Of a stretch of 64,000 nucleotides of DNA, positions 10,716 through 19,237 are shown piece after piece. A program made the translations under genes and the position numbers. Below the pieces are notes generated by a model that was not told the origin of the DNA, ran no database searches, and worked only from the letters and a program-made list of their open reading frames with translations. The DNA is from Pyrinomonadaceae bacterium (GTDB taxonomy: Bacteria > Acidobacteriota > Blastocatellia > Pyrinomonadales > Pyrinomonadaceae), in assembly GCA_046313635.1 (NCBI GenBank), contig JBKBYA010000001.1, forward strand, positions 192,001-256,000, read 5' to 3'. Position 1 is the stretch's first letter, and each line of letters opens with the position of its first letter.

Positions 10716-10801
10716 TCGGCTACGCCCCGCAGCTCGAGGATTTCATCCTGCCGCAATCGGAGGATGTAGAGAAAGCGGTGCAGGAGTTGATGAACTACTG
10801 A
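10716..10801 (+). repeat. Direct repeat copy 2 (orphan E1 3' end encoding [27 protein letters not shown])
   Basis: 78/86 identical to 10077-10162, mostly third-position changes. Confidence 0.9.
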
Positions 10802-10826
10802 GACCGATCACGAGTTACGAAGAGCC

Positions 10827-10857
10827 AAAAGCCATGAGAGTGTCTCATGGCTTTTTT
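10827..10857 (+). terminator. Rho-independent terminator
   Basis: aaaagccatgaga-gtg-tctcatggctttttt. Confidence 0.8.
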
Positions 10858-10934
10858 GCTGCAGCTAACAGTTGAACCAAACCTCACGCGGTAGTAAAAC
10901 TACGGTGCCCTAAACATTCTTCTGGAGGTGACCA

Positions 10935-11402
10935 ATGATGGATCGGATCTTTTTAGTGCTGCTTACGATCGTCGCGGCAGTCTCGCTCTCGTCGGGTCAG
11001 ACAAAAGCAAGCAAGACGTCGTCGACCGGTCTTCGCAGCGCCATCGAAGCCGCCAACCAAAGGTTCGTCGAAGCGCTTGGCAAAGGCGACGCGGCGAAAA
11101 TTGCCGATATGTATGCCGAGGGAGCGCGTGTGCTGCCGCCCAATGGTCCCATGGTCCAGGGCCGACAGCGGATACAAGAATTTTGGCAAGGCTTCATTAA
11201 TACCGGTGCCAAGCTCGCACTGCGTACGTCCGATGTCGAGGCGCAGGGGAATGTGCTGTACGAGGTAGGTACCTACGAGCTGATCTCTCCCGACAATAAA
11301 CGCGATACGGGCAAATACGTCGTCGTGTGGAAGCGGCAAAAAGGCGGCTGGAAACTCGCCATCGACACCTGGAACAGCGACATGCCGGCGTCAGGCAACT
11401 GA
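10935..11402 (+). CDS. Secreted NTF2-like/DUF4440 (YybH-like) protein
   Basis: Signal peptide; GDAAKIADMYAEGA, GKYVVVWKRQKGGWK. Confidence 0.85.
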   Translation: MMDRIFLVLLTIVAAVSLSSGQTKASKTSSTGLRSAIEAANQRFVEALGKGDAAKIADMYAEGARVLPPNGPMVQGRQRIQEFWQGFINTGAKLALRTSDVEAQGNVLYEVGTYELISPDNKRDTGKYVVVWKRQKGGWKLAIDTWNSDMPASGN

Positions 11403-11424
11403 CGCCTGACTAATGTTTGGCGAC

Positions 11425-11454
11425 GAAGAGCACGGAGACATGCCGTGCTCTTTT
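11425..11454 (+). terminator. Rho-independent terminator
   Basis: aagagcacgg-agacatg-ccgtgctctttt. Confidence 0.7.
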
Positions 11455-11474
11455 ACTCTCTGTGAGCTCGGTGG

Positions 11475-12275
11475 TCAAATGCTGCTGACTTTATAAACGC
11501 CCGTCGCCAAACGCTCCGCAAAGCCCTCATCTACCAACTGGTGATTCGCACGACCTGACTCCCATCGATAGAAGCCGAACGTGCGCGACATATCGCCGAC
11601 GAGCGTCATCCCGCACATCTCGAGATAACATCTCGCCAACTCGCGGACGGCCGTTTCGCGGTCGATCTTTTTCGCGAGCTCTTTTGGAAATCGCGCTTCG
11701 GCGAGCGTCCAGACGTAGGTGAATTTTGGGACGTAGAGCGCCTCCTGCGGGACTACCTTCATCCGTCTCTGCAGCTCGTCGATCGCGCGTGTGAGCTCGG
11801 ATTTTTCTTTTATGCCGGTCTCGGAACGCAGGTCGCTCGTCGCCATCTCCCATTCCTTGCGGAGCACCTTCAAAACTTTCTGCGCGTTGTCGGACAGCAC
11901 TTCCTTTTCCAGTTTTTTCGGCACGCCCCAGATCGCGTTGAAGTACGGGATCATCCGCGGCGCGATGAACATCGAATTTCCCTTCACGAGCTTTGCGTAG
12001 TAAACGCGGCCGCGAGCGACGACCTCGTCTTTCAAGACCCACGCCGCGCTCGCCTCGGGATCTTTCTGCACGTTGCGCGGCATGTGCGCATCGCGGCGAC
12101 CGCAGACGGCGATGTAAACGGACGGGAGATTCTTGCGCGCGTCCGTGAGGCCGAGACAGAAGCCGAGCTCCTCGACCATTCGCTCGACATCAGCAGCCGT
12201 CTCGAGACGCAGCGAATCTTCGCGGCGCCACAGGCGGTCGCGGTAGACTTCGATCGCTTCGGGAATGGTCTTCAC
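11475..12275 (-). CDS. Conserved protein, possibly AlkZ-related winged-helix
   Basis: Coherent 266-aa ORF; VEELGF, WVLKDE...YYAKL and a wHTH-like segment; family call tentative. Confidence 0.5.
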   Translation of the reverse strand: MKTIPEAIEVYRDRLWRREDSLRLETAADVERMVEELGFCLGLTDARKNLPSVYIAVCGRRDAHMPRNVQKDPEASAAWVLKDEVVARGRVYYAKLVKGNSMFIAPRMIPYFNAIWGVPKKLEKEVLSDNAQKVLKVLRKEWEMATSDLRSETGIKEKSELTRAIDELQRRMKVVPQEALYVPKFTYVWTLAEARFPKELAKKIDRETAVRELARCYLEMCGMTLVGDMSRTFGFYRWESGRANHQLVDEGFAERLATGVYKVSSI

Positions 12276-12284
12276 TAGATCGTG

Positions 12285-12410
12285 CCGCGGATCTCGCCGA
12301 TCTCGCGCGGATAAGAGATGATAAATGAAAGAATGGGCGACCGCATTTAGCGACCGCCCATCTTTAGTTTCGATTCGGTTTTTATCTGCCCATATCCGCG
12401 CGATCCGCGG
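12285..12410. repeat. Intergenic inverted repeat of 9-mers (CGCGGAT type) enclosing a terminator-like hairpin
   Basis: ccgcggatctcgccgatctcgcgcggat ... atctgcccatatccgcgcgatccgcgg; inner atgggcg...cgcccat. Confidence 0.75.
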
Positions 12411-12424
12411 GAAAAGCTTCGCGC

Positions 12425-14011
12425 TTAGCGATTCGGAGCGTCGTTCCTGATCGGCGACGACGCTTGGATCGTAAAGACCGAGCCCTTCAAGAGCTGCAGG
12501 TCGTCGCGGCCCTGCACGATCACCGAACCGGCGCCGACGCTGCCGCCGATGACCGCTCCGACCACGGCTCCCGTGCCGCCGCCCGCGATCGCGCCGATGA
12601 CGGCTCCGAGGCCCGCGCCGATGCCGCCGCGTTTGGCGGTCTCCTTGGTCTGGCTGCCGCTCTTGGCGGTGCCTTCGGTATCGACCTTGACGTCCTTGCC
12701 GTTCTGGTCCTTGACCGCCTGCAGGAAGCCGGCGAAGTCGTACCGCTGACCGTCGCGCAGCGTGATGCTCTCAAAGTTGAACGTCACATTAGACCGGCCC
12801 GAGACGCGGCCCGACCGGCCGACGCCTGTGATGTAGCCCTCGATCACCGCACCGCGAAAGTCGATCGGCGTCTGGACCGTCAGCTTAAAGCGGTCGTTAT
12901 TCTGCGATGCCTTTGTATCGATCGTGCTCTCGAGCATGCCCGTCAGGACCGTGCCGTTGGGGACGATGAATTCGCCCGTTCGTCCGCTGGTCACCGTCGG
13001 CGGATCGCCGTATCTGCCGCGATCGTTCTGGTCGCTGCTCGACCATCCGCCGCTCGTGTCGGCCGTCGTACTGCCGCCGGCGTTGATGCCGAGCCGCGCG
13101 ACCCCGTCGGTCTTGGTGTACACGCTCTCGGCAAAAATGGTCTGCCGCAGGTAGTCGGTCGTAATGCGGCGCGTCACCTTGAGCGTCTGGCCGCCGTCCT
13201 GCGAGACGAATGTCACGGTGTAATCCGTCTCGCCGCCGAGGCTCGAGACCGACAGTTCGCTGCCGCGCAAGGTTGCTCGCAACAGTATCGTGCGGCCATT
13301 TGCCTGCTCGGTCTTTTGCCGGCCGTCGGCGATGAATGTCACCGGCTGTGCGATCGACGAAGCAAGCGTCACCTGATCGCCGCGAATGTCGATCGCGATC
13401 TGCTCGGGCGCGGCGAGCTTTTGCTCGAGGTCTTGCCGCTGTCCGGCCGTGACGCCCGACTCTGAAAGGATCTGGTCGGTACTCTCGCTGCGCGAAGGGT
13501 CGAGGCGGTACGTGCCGGTCAAGCCGCCGCGGCCCGGTACCGAGGCCATCGCGTTCGACACACGTACGCCCCAGTCGGGCGTGACGCCGTAGCCGCCTGC
13601 AAGCTGTGAAATAAGATCTTTGATCCGCGTCCAGCTGCCCGTGATGCTCGCATTCTGCGGGTTGCCGCGCAGGAATGCGTCGACGTCCTTTGCCGCGGCG
13701 ACGATATCGTTGACGTCGCTGCGATTCTCACGCCGGCGATCGAAATTTTCCTGAAAGGCCGACATCTTGTCCTGCAGATTCCCGATCGACATCCGTGCGT
13801 CGTCGGCGACGCGGCGGTCGGCCGAGCTGCTTTCGAGCTGGTAATCGAGCTTGTACTGAAAGTCGTCGAGCTGCGAATTGATGCTGCGCACGAGGTCGCG
13901 CACCTGGCGCTCGCTGCGCGTCGTCTGCGCCGACGCCGCGCCGGCAAGCGAGGCAAACATCATCGCCGCAGTAAAGACCGCAAAGAAACTTCTAAACCTA
14001 TTCATGGCCAT
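12425..14011 (-). CDS. Secreted protein with a C-terminal TrbI/VirB10-like beta domain and glycine zipper
   Basis: Signal peptide; VPNGTVL...GAVIEG...SGRVSGRS; GAGLGAVIGAIAGGG. Confidence 0.65.
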   Translation of the reverse strand: MAMNRFRSFFAVFTAAMMFASLAGAASAQTTRSERQVRDLVRSINSQLDDFQYKLDYQLESSSADRRVADDARMSIGNLQDKMSAFQENFDRRRENRSDVNDIVAAAKDVDAFLRGNPQNASITGSWTRIKDLISQLAGGYGVTPDWGVRVSNAMASVPGRGGLTGTYRLDPSRSESTDQILSESGVTAGQRQDLEQKLAAPEQIAIDIRGDQVTLASSIAQPVTFIADGRQKTEQANGRTILLRATLRGSELSVSSLGGETDYTVTFVSQDGGQTLKVTRRITTDYLRQTIFAESVYTKTDGVARLGINAGGSTTADTSGGWSSSDQNDRGRYGDPPTVTSGRTGEFIVPNGTVLTGMLESTIDTKASQNNDRFKLTVQTPIDFRGAVIEGYITGVGRSGRVSGRSNVTFNFESITLRDGQRYDFAGFLQAVKDQNGKDVKVDTEGTAKSGSQTKETAKRGGIGAGLGAVIGAIAGGGTGAVVGAVIGGSVGAGSVIVQGRDDLQLLKGSVFTIQASSPIRNDAPNR

Positions 14012-14200
14012 CTCCTCTAGAGTGTCGCGGATAGATGCAGGGAAAGTGGCGCCGCACACTTTGGACGCCGCACTACCTAAGAAGCATATTCTAACTGATT
14101 GGTTGGCAGCGTCGGCCGCGGCGGCAGCGGCCGTCTTTTTCGCTGTGCTAGACTCAGGGAGATCTCTGTCAAAGCTACGACCTCAAGGAATTTTAGATCT

Positions 14201-14623
14201 ATGTCAGCCAGCACTTACAACGCCTCGGTCCGCTGGGCCGGGGACGAATTCTTTATCGGCACGAGCCCGAGCGGGCACTCTTTTGCGATCGATACCAAGG
14301 GCGACCGCCATTCGGCGCCGACGCCGATGGAATTGCTCCTCGTCGCCGTCGCCGCGTGCACCGCCGTCGACGTCATTTCGATAATGCAGAAAAAGCGTCA
14401 GGACGTCGTCGAATACATTGTCGAGATCTCGGGCGAACGGGCCGCCGAGCACCCGCGAAAGTTCACAAAGTTTCAGGTCCGCCACGTCGTCCGCGGCCGC
14501 GGCATTTCAGAGAAGGCCCTCGCCGACGCGATCGAACTCTCCGACACAAAGTACTGCTCCGTCGCCGCGACCGTCCGGCCGACCGCCGAGATCGAGACGA
14601 GCTACGAGATCGTCGAGATCTGA
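14201..14623 (+). CDS. OsmC/YhfA family protein
   Basis: PTPMELLL...ACTAVDV and KYCSVAAT two-Cys pattern. Confidence 0.9.
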   Translation: MSASTYNASVRWAGDEFFIGTSPSGHSFAIDTKGDRHSAPTPMELLLVAVAACTAVDVISIMQKKRQDVVEYIVEISGERAAEHPRKFTKFQVRHVVRGRGISEKALADAIELSDTKYCSVAATVRPTAEIETSYEIVEI

Positions 14624-14669
14624 CGCCAGCCGCCGAGATCCCAATCCGCCAACGAGCAAAGATACAAAA

Positions 14670-16919
14670 ATGAAAGCCGCTAAAACGCTCGCCGCTCTAA
14701 TGCTGTTTATGTCCGCGTCCGCCACGGCCCAAATGCAGTCCGGCGTCCGCGTGGCGATCTTGAGGGCCGAAGACTCGCGTCGATATGACGAGTCGCTCGT
14801 CAAGCTGCTTCGCGATCAGCACGAGGACGTCCGCATCCGCGCAGCTTTGGCCGCCGGGCGGATCGGCGACGAACGCGCGGTCGAGGTCTTAGCCGCGATG
14901 CTCAACGGCGACGCTTCGCCGCGTGCGCGAGCGATGGCCGCATTCGCGCTCGGCGAGATCGAATCGATCAAGGCCGCAGATGTGATACTAACGTCGCTGC
15001 GAGAGGCAGAAACACGACCGGCAGGGAGTGTGTCCGGCGGGACCGACGCGATCGTCACCGCTCGCCTCGTCGAGGCCGCCGGAAAGATCGCGGCGGCGAA
15101 CGCGAAAGACGAAAAGGCAAAAGAACTCGGCCGCGCGATCCTCGCGACGCTCGAGCGCGAGCTCGCTATAGATCGCACACAGCATCGCGAGACCGTCCTC
15201 CTCGCGCTGACCGCTGCCCTTCGTGCACGGCCCGAGGGAGCCGATGCTGTCGTCGCGAAATTTCTGCTCAACGCCGACGCCCGAGTCCGCGCCGACGCTG
15301 CAAATACGCTGTCTCGGCTGAGAGCAAAGAACGCAAACGAAAGATTACGTGCAATGCTCGGTTTGGATGTGGACCCGATCGTCCGCGCCAACGCCGCACG
15401 CGCACTCGGCGCCGCCGAGGACAAGGAGTCTTACGAGCAGCTTCTCGCCGCCGCGATCAAGGACGCGGATTCGCGCGTGCGCGTTTCGGCGGTACGCTCA
15501 CTCGGCTCGATACGCGATTCGCGAGCGGTCAACGCTCTGATCGATCGCGGCCGCGAGCTTTTTGCCAAATACAAGCTCTCAAGATTCAGACAGCCAAACG
15601 AAAAGAGCGAGCTGCTCGAGATCGTCGCCGTGCTCGGCCGCCTGCTCGCCGGGTCGGCCGATGAGCGTGCGGTCAAACTTGTCCGCGACCTGCGTACGGC
15701 CGACGCGATGCGTTCGCCGGAGTCAGAGATCGCGTTTGCTCGCATAAGTCCCGGCGACTACGTGAACGCATTCGACGGCCGCGGCGGCTGGCAGGCGCTG
15801 TCGGCGCAGTACCAGGGCCTCGCCGAGGTCGCGCGTTTCGAGTCGCCGGCCGCAGCCGAAGCGAAGCTGAAAGCGCGCTTGATACTGGTCCAGGAGATCG
15901 CCGCGCGATTTAGCTCGGCCGGCTCGAATGACGCGACTGCCGGTTCGCGGCCGGACCTGGTGCGAGCGTTTGCGGCCTTCAAGTCCGACAACACTTCAAA
16001 CATACTGCGTCCGCTGCTCGAGAATGAGCGCGACGTTTTTACCCGCGCGGCGATCGCCGACGCGCTCGCCGAGCAGCCGTCGACACGAGAGAATGTCGAG
16101 GCTTTGCAAACTGCTTTCACCAAGTCGCTCACGACCGACAAGATCTACAACGACGCGCAGCTCTCGATACTCGACGCGCTCTTTAAGCTCGATCGCAATT
16201 CCGCGCTCATGGCGATCGGCGAAGCGCTCGAGCGACCGGATCAGATCCTGCGTCTTAAGGCCCTCGACCTGCTCGCGACCGCCGACGGCTGGAACGACGT
16301 TTCGCCTGACTCTCTGGCCGCCGCGCGTAAGCGTGCCGCCGAAGGCCGCCGAAACGTCTGGCCGTACGATCCAAAAAGCGGAACCAAGCTCGGCCAAGTG
16401 CTGAATACCGACGCCGATTACCGGCGAGCACTCTCGCGCAAGAACGGCACCGTCCGAGCCGTCGTGACGACGGAAAAGGGCGCATTCACGATCGAGCTTT
16501 TGCCCGAGGACGCGCCGCTGACGGTCGACAACTTTATCAAGCTCGCTCGGTCAAACTACTTCAACGGTCTCGAGGTGCATCGCGTCGTGCCTAACTTCGT
16601 GATGCAGGACGGCGACCCGCGCGGCGACGGCAACGGCGGGCCGGGCTGGTCGATACGGTGCGAGATCAACCTCATTCCTTACGGACGCGGCGCGGTCGGA
16701 ATGGCCTTATCGGGAAAAGACACGGGCGGCTCGCAGTGGTTCGTCACGCACTCGCCGCAGCCACACCTCGACGGCGGCTACACCGTCTTTGGCCGAGTGA
16801 ACGAGAGCGGGATGAAGGTCGTAGATAATATCGTCCGCGGCGACAGGGTCATCTCGATCAGGATCGTCGAGAGTAGACAGCCACCGAGATCACAGAGAAC
16901 TCAGAGACATGGAAAATGA
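14670..16919 (+). CDS. Secreted HEAT-repeat protein with a C-terminal cyclophilin PPIase domain
   Basis: VRIRAALAAGRIG-type repeats; APLTVDNF, HRVVPNFVMQDGD, DTGGSQWF, HLDGGYTVFG. Confidence 0.9.
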   Translation: MKAAKTLAALMLFMSASATAQMQSGVRVAILRAEDSRRYDESLVKLLRDQHEDVRIRAALAAGRIGDERAVEVLAAMLNGDASPRARAMAAFALGEIESIKAADVILTSLREAETRPAGSVSGGTDAIVTARLVEAAGKIAAANAKDEKAKELGRAILATLERELAIDRTQHRETVLLALTAALRARPEGADAVVAKFLLNADARVRADAANTLSRLRAKNANERLRAMLGLDVDPIVRANAARALGAAEDKESYEQLLAAAIKDADSRVRVSAVRSLGSIRDSRAVNALIDRGRELFAKYKLSRFRQPNEKSELLEIVAVLGRLLAGSADERAVKLVRDLRTADAMRSPESEIAFARISPGDYVNAFDGRGGWQALSAQYQGLAEVARFESPAAAEAKLKARLILVQEIAARFSSAGSNDATAGSRPDLVRAFAAFKSDNTSNILRPLLENERDVFTRAAIADALAEQPSTRENVEALQTAFTKSLTTDKIYNDAQLSILDALFKLDRNSALMAIGEALERPDQILRLKALDLLATADGWNDVSPDSLAAARKRAAEGRRNVWPYDPKSGTKLGQVLNTDADYRRALSRKNGTVRAVVTTEKGAFTIELLPEDAPLTVDNFIKLARSNYFNGLEVHRVVPNFVMQDGDPRGDGNGGPGWSIRCEINLIPYGRGAVGMALSGKDTGGSQWFVTHSPQPHLDGGYTVFGRVNESGMKVVDNIVRGDRVISIRIVESRQPPRSQRTQRHGK

Positions 16920-17296
16920 TGCCTTGACGCAGGCGATTATCGGGGCGGCGATCGAGGTTCATCGAACGCTCGGCCCCGGTTTGCTCGAGTCGATCTATGA
17001 AGAAGCTCTGTGTCATGAATTCGGTTTGCGCAGCATCCGTTTTGTGAGACAGCTTGAGATCGATGTGGTCTATAAAGGCAAGGTTATAAAAGGACAGCGG
17101 CTTGATATTTTGGTCGAAAACCAAGTGATCGTCGAAATAAAGTCTCTCAGTAAACTCCCCGAAGTCTCAATGGCGCAAGTCCTGTCCTACCTGAAAGCAA
17201 CCGGCCTGAAACGTGCGCTGATAATCAACTTCGGGGCAAAGATGCTCCGTGGAGGCATCAAACGAGTGTCTCTGTGAACTCTGTGATCTCGGTGGC
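16880..17296. mobile_element. Putative GxxExxY cassette with 30-bp terminal inverted repeats
   Basis: Arms 16880-16909 and 17267-17296, 27/30 complementary. Confidence 0.6.
16909..17277 (+). CDS. GxxExxY protein (PD-(D/E)XK nuclease fold)
   Basis: IIGAAIEVHRTLGPGLLESIYEEAL, RLDILVE...VEIKS, AQVLSYLKATG...INFG. Confidence 0.92.
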   Translation: MENDALTQAIIGAAIEVHRTLGPGLLESIYEEALCHEFGLRSIRFVRQLEIDVVYKGKVIKGQRLDILVENQVIVEIKSLSKLPEVSMAQVLSYLKATGLKRALIINFGAKMLRGGIKRVSL

Positions 17297-17303
17297 AAAA
17301 CGT

Positions 17304-17789
17304 ATGAGCGATATGCAGAAAAAGCGGCAGGTCGAGATCGAGAAAGGTCTCGACGATCTGTCGCGGTATCTCGACGGGTTGTTTCGCATTCCGGGGACCG
17401 ATTGGCGGTTCGGGCTCGACGCGCTGATCGGGCTTGTACCGAATGTCGGCGACACGCTCACCTCGCTGGCGTCGTTTTACATTCTCCTGGCGGGCGTGCG
17501 TTACGGCGTGCCGAAGATCACTCTGCTGCGGATGGCTTTGAATATCGGCATCGATTACCTCGTCGGCGCGATACCTTTGGTCGGCGATGCGTTCGATTTC
17601 TTTTGGAAATCGAACCAGAAGAACTTGGATCTCATCCGGACGCGCGCGACCGGCCGCGGCGAGGGCACGACGAGCGATTACATCTTTATCTTCGCTCTGA
17701 TCGGTCTGCTCATCGTGCTGCTGATCGGCTCGATCGTCGCGAGCGCGCTGATCCTCTATTACATCTTCACGAGCCGCTCCCTATTCTGA
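17304..17789 (+). CDS. DUF4112 membrane protein
   Basis: LDGLFRIPGTDWRFGLDALIGLVPNVGD, IPLVGDAFDFFWKSN. Confidence 0.88.
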   Translation: MSDMQKKRQVEIEKGLDDLSRYLDGLFRIPGTDWRFGLDALIGLVPNVGDTLTSLASFYILLAGVRYGVPKITLLRMALNIGIDYLVGAIPLVGDAFDFFWKSNQKNLDLIRTRATGRGEGTTSDYIFIFALIGLLIVLLIGSIVASALILYYIFTSRSLF

Positions 17790-17844
17790 ACGAAAAAACG
17801 GTCGGCAAGCGCCGACCGTCTCTCCACTCATCGATCGGCCCGAT

Positions 17845-18315
17845 CTATGCGGTAACCTGCGAGGCGAACATCTTTTCGAGCGCCTGCTGGATGATGCCGA
17901 GGCCGAATTCGCCGGCGGCGCGGGTTTTGAGTTTTCCCTCGGCGTCAAAGAGGTAATACACGGGCACCCAGCCCTGCTCGTTGAGGAATGCTTCGCGGAG
18001 TTTATGCTCGTTGTCGATCGCGCAGGCGTCGTCGATCGAGTGCTCGGCGATCGCCGCCTTTACCTTTTCGATCTCGGTGTCGGTCTCGTATCGCGGCATG
18101 TGCACTGCGACGGTGCCGAGGCCCAGCGGTTTGTATTTCGCCTTGAGCTCGTTGAGCTGCGGGAACTTTTGCTTGCAGATCTCGCAGCTCAGCGCCCAAA
18201 AGTACACGAGTGCCGGCCGACCGCCGAGGTGCTCGTCGATCGTGCAGTCGAGTTGATTCAACCAGTCCGCCGCGCCTTCGAATGACGGCCGCGGATCTCC
18301 GATCTTCATGGGCAT
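17845..18315 (-). CDS. TlpA/redoxin-family thiol-disulfide oxidoreductase
   Basis: LVYFWALSCEIC (CxxC), VAVHMP, IDNEH, VPVYYLFD. Confidence 0.88.
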   Translation of the reverse strand: MPMKIGDPRPSFEGAADWLNQLDCTIDEHLGGRPALVYFWALSCEICKQKFPQLNELKAKYKPLGLGTVAVHMPRYETDTEIEKVKAAIAEHSIDDACAIDNEHKLREAFLNEQGWVPVYYLFDAEGKLKTRAAGEFGLGIIQQALEKMFASQVTA

Positions 18316-18325
18316 AAGTTTTGTT

Positions 18326-18408
18326 AGTTCAAAGTTCCAGGTTCAAAGTTCAAGGTTAGGTTCCGGGGCATTACTTTGAACTTTGAACCTTGAACCTTGA
18401 ACTCTGAA
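18326..18408. repeat. Inverted array of heptamer tandem repeats (AGTTCAA / TTGAACT)
   Basis: agttcaa agttcca ggttcaa agttcaa ... actttga actttga accttga accttga actctga. Confidence 0.85.
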
Positions 18409-18415
18409 TTTTCAT

Positions 18416-19153
18416 CTATCCGCCTTTCTGCCGCGTGCTGACCGGCTCGTGGTACTCGCCGTATTCCGGATAGTCCATCGTGACGATCTGGCCCGGCCGC
18501 GTGTTTTGTGTCAGCAGCTCGAGAGCATCTTTCACGACTCCCCGCTGCAGCTCTCGCATTCCCGGTTTGCCGGTCGCGTTGCCGATCTTGAAACCGTTCG
18601 GGTATAGGGCACGCGGCGGCCTCATCTGTGCCGAGACGTCCGGACTGACCGTGATCAGCACCGTCGGCGTTCCCAGCATTTCAATTTCTCTCTGTACCGC
18701 GACGACCGTGCGGTGGCAGACGTTCGGTCAGCCGCCGGTCAGCAGCACGATGTCGGCGCGCGAGCCTTTGTCGATCTCCTGCGCGATCTGCGGCGCGGTC
18801 TGCTCGTACATGTCCTTGAGCCGCATCGTGTAGCCCATAAAGCCGACATGCTTGCGGGCGACGCCGCCGATAAAGCCTTCGTCAGCGAGCTCGCGTAGGA
18901 TGTCGATCGGGAAGACGACATTCACATCCTGGTCGGCGTCCGAATGATCGTAATGATCGTGCGTGACCATCACATCAGCTCCGGTGATGCCCTCGCCCAT
19001 CACGCGATATGTCAGATCGCCGAGCTCGTCGCCGATCTGGAACGGCTCCTGATCCCTCGCGTGGACGCCCGCGGCGGTGACGATGGCCACCGTCGCCCGC
19101 GACAGTTCGCCGTCAAACGGCGTGAAGGGAACACATTTCCTGGATAAAGCCAT
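18416..19153 (-). CDS. Selenocysteine-containing PrdB/GrdB-family protein (D-proline/glycine reductase selenoprotein B-like); UGA at codon 142
   Basis: ORFs 18728-19153 and 18416-18679 are in frame across TGA 18728-18730: LLTGG-U-PNVCHRTVVAVQREIEMLGTPT; N-half has TAAGVH, GD..YR, HDHYD..D..DVNVVFPID.L.EL..EGFI, GFMG. Confidence 0.88.
18691..18720 (-). promoter_or_regulatory. Candidate bacterial SECIS for the PrdB-like gene
   Basis: UCUG-CC-ACCGC-AC[GGUC]GU-C-GCGGU-A-CAGA; apical loop starts 21 nt after the UGA with G. Confidence 0.65.
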
Positions 19154-19155
19154 GA

Positions 19156-19231
19156 GCAGTTGTCAGTGGTCGGTGGTCAGTAGTCGGTAGTGAGGAAAGA
19201 TCTCTTTCACTGACTACCGACTACTGACTAC
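19156..19231. repeat. Inverted array of heptamer tandem repeats (GTCAGTA / TACTGAC)
   Basis: gcagttgtcagtggtcggtggtcagtagtcggtagt ... cactgactaccgactactgactac. Confidence 0.85.
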
Positions 19232-19237
19232 ACCTCG

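Noticed and set aside
14418..14669. N-terminal extension of the 833-aa ORF (likewise the extensions at 1739, 4996, 7757, 20579, 21097, 51840)
   Set aside because: They overlap neighbouring genes or promoters; downstream starts give proper signal peptides or domain boundaries
18326..18408. Short repeat arrays as CRISPR
   Set aside because: These are tandem 7- or 9-mers without unique spacers, and there are no cas genes in the window
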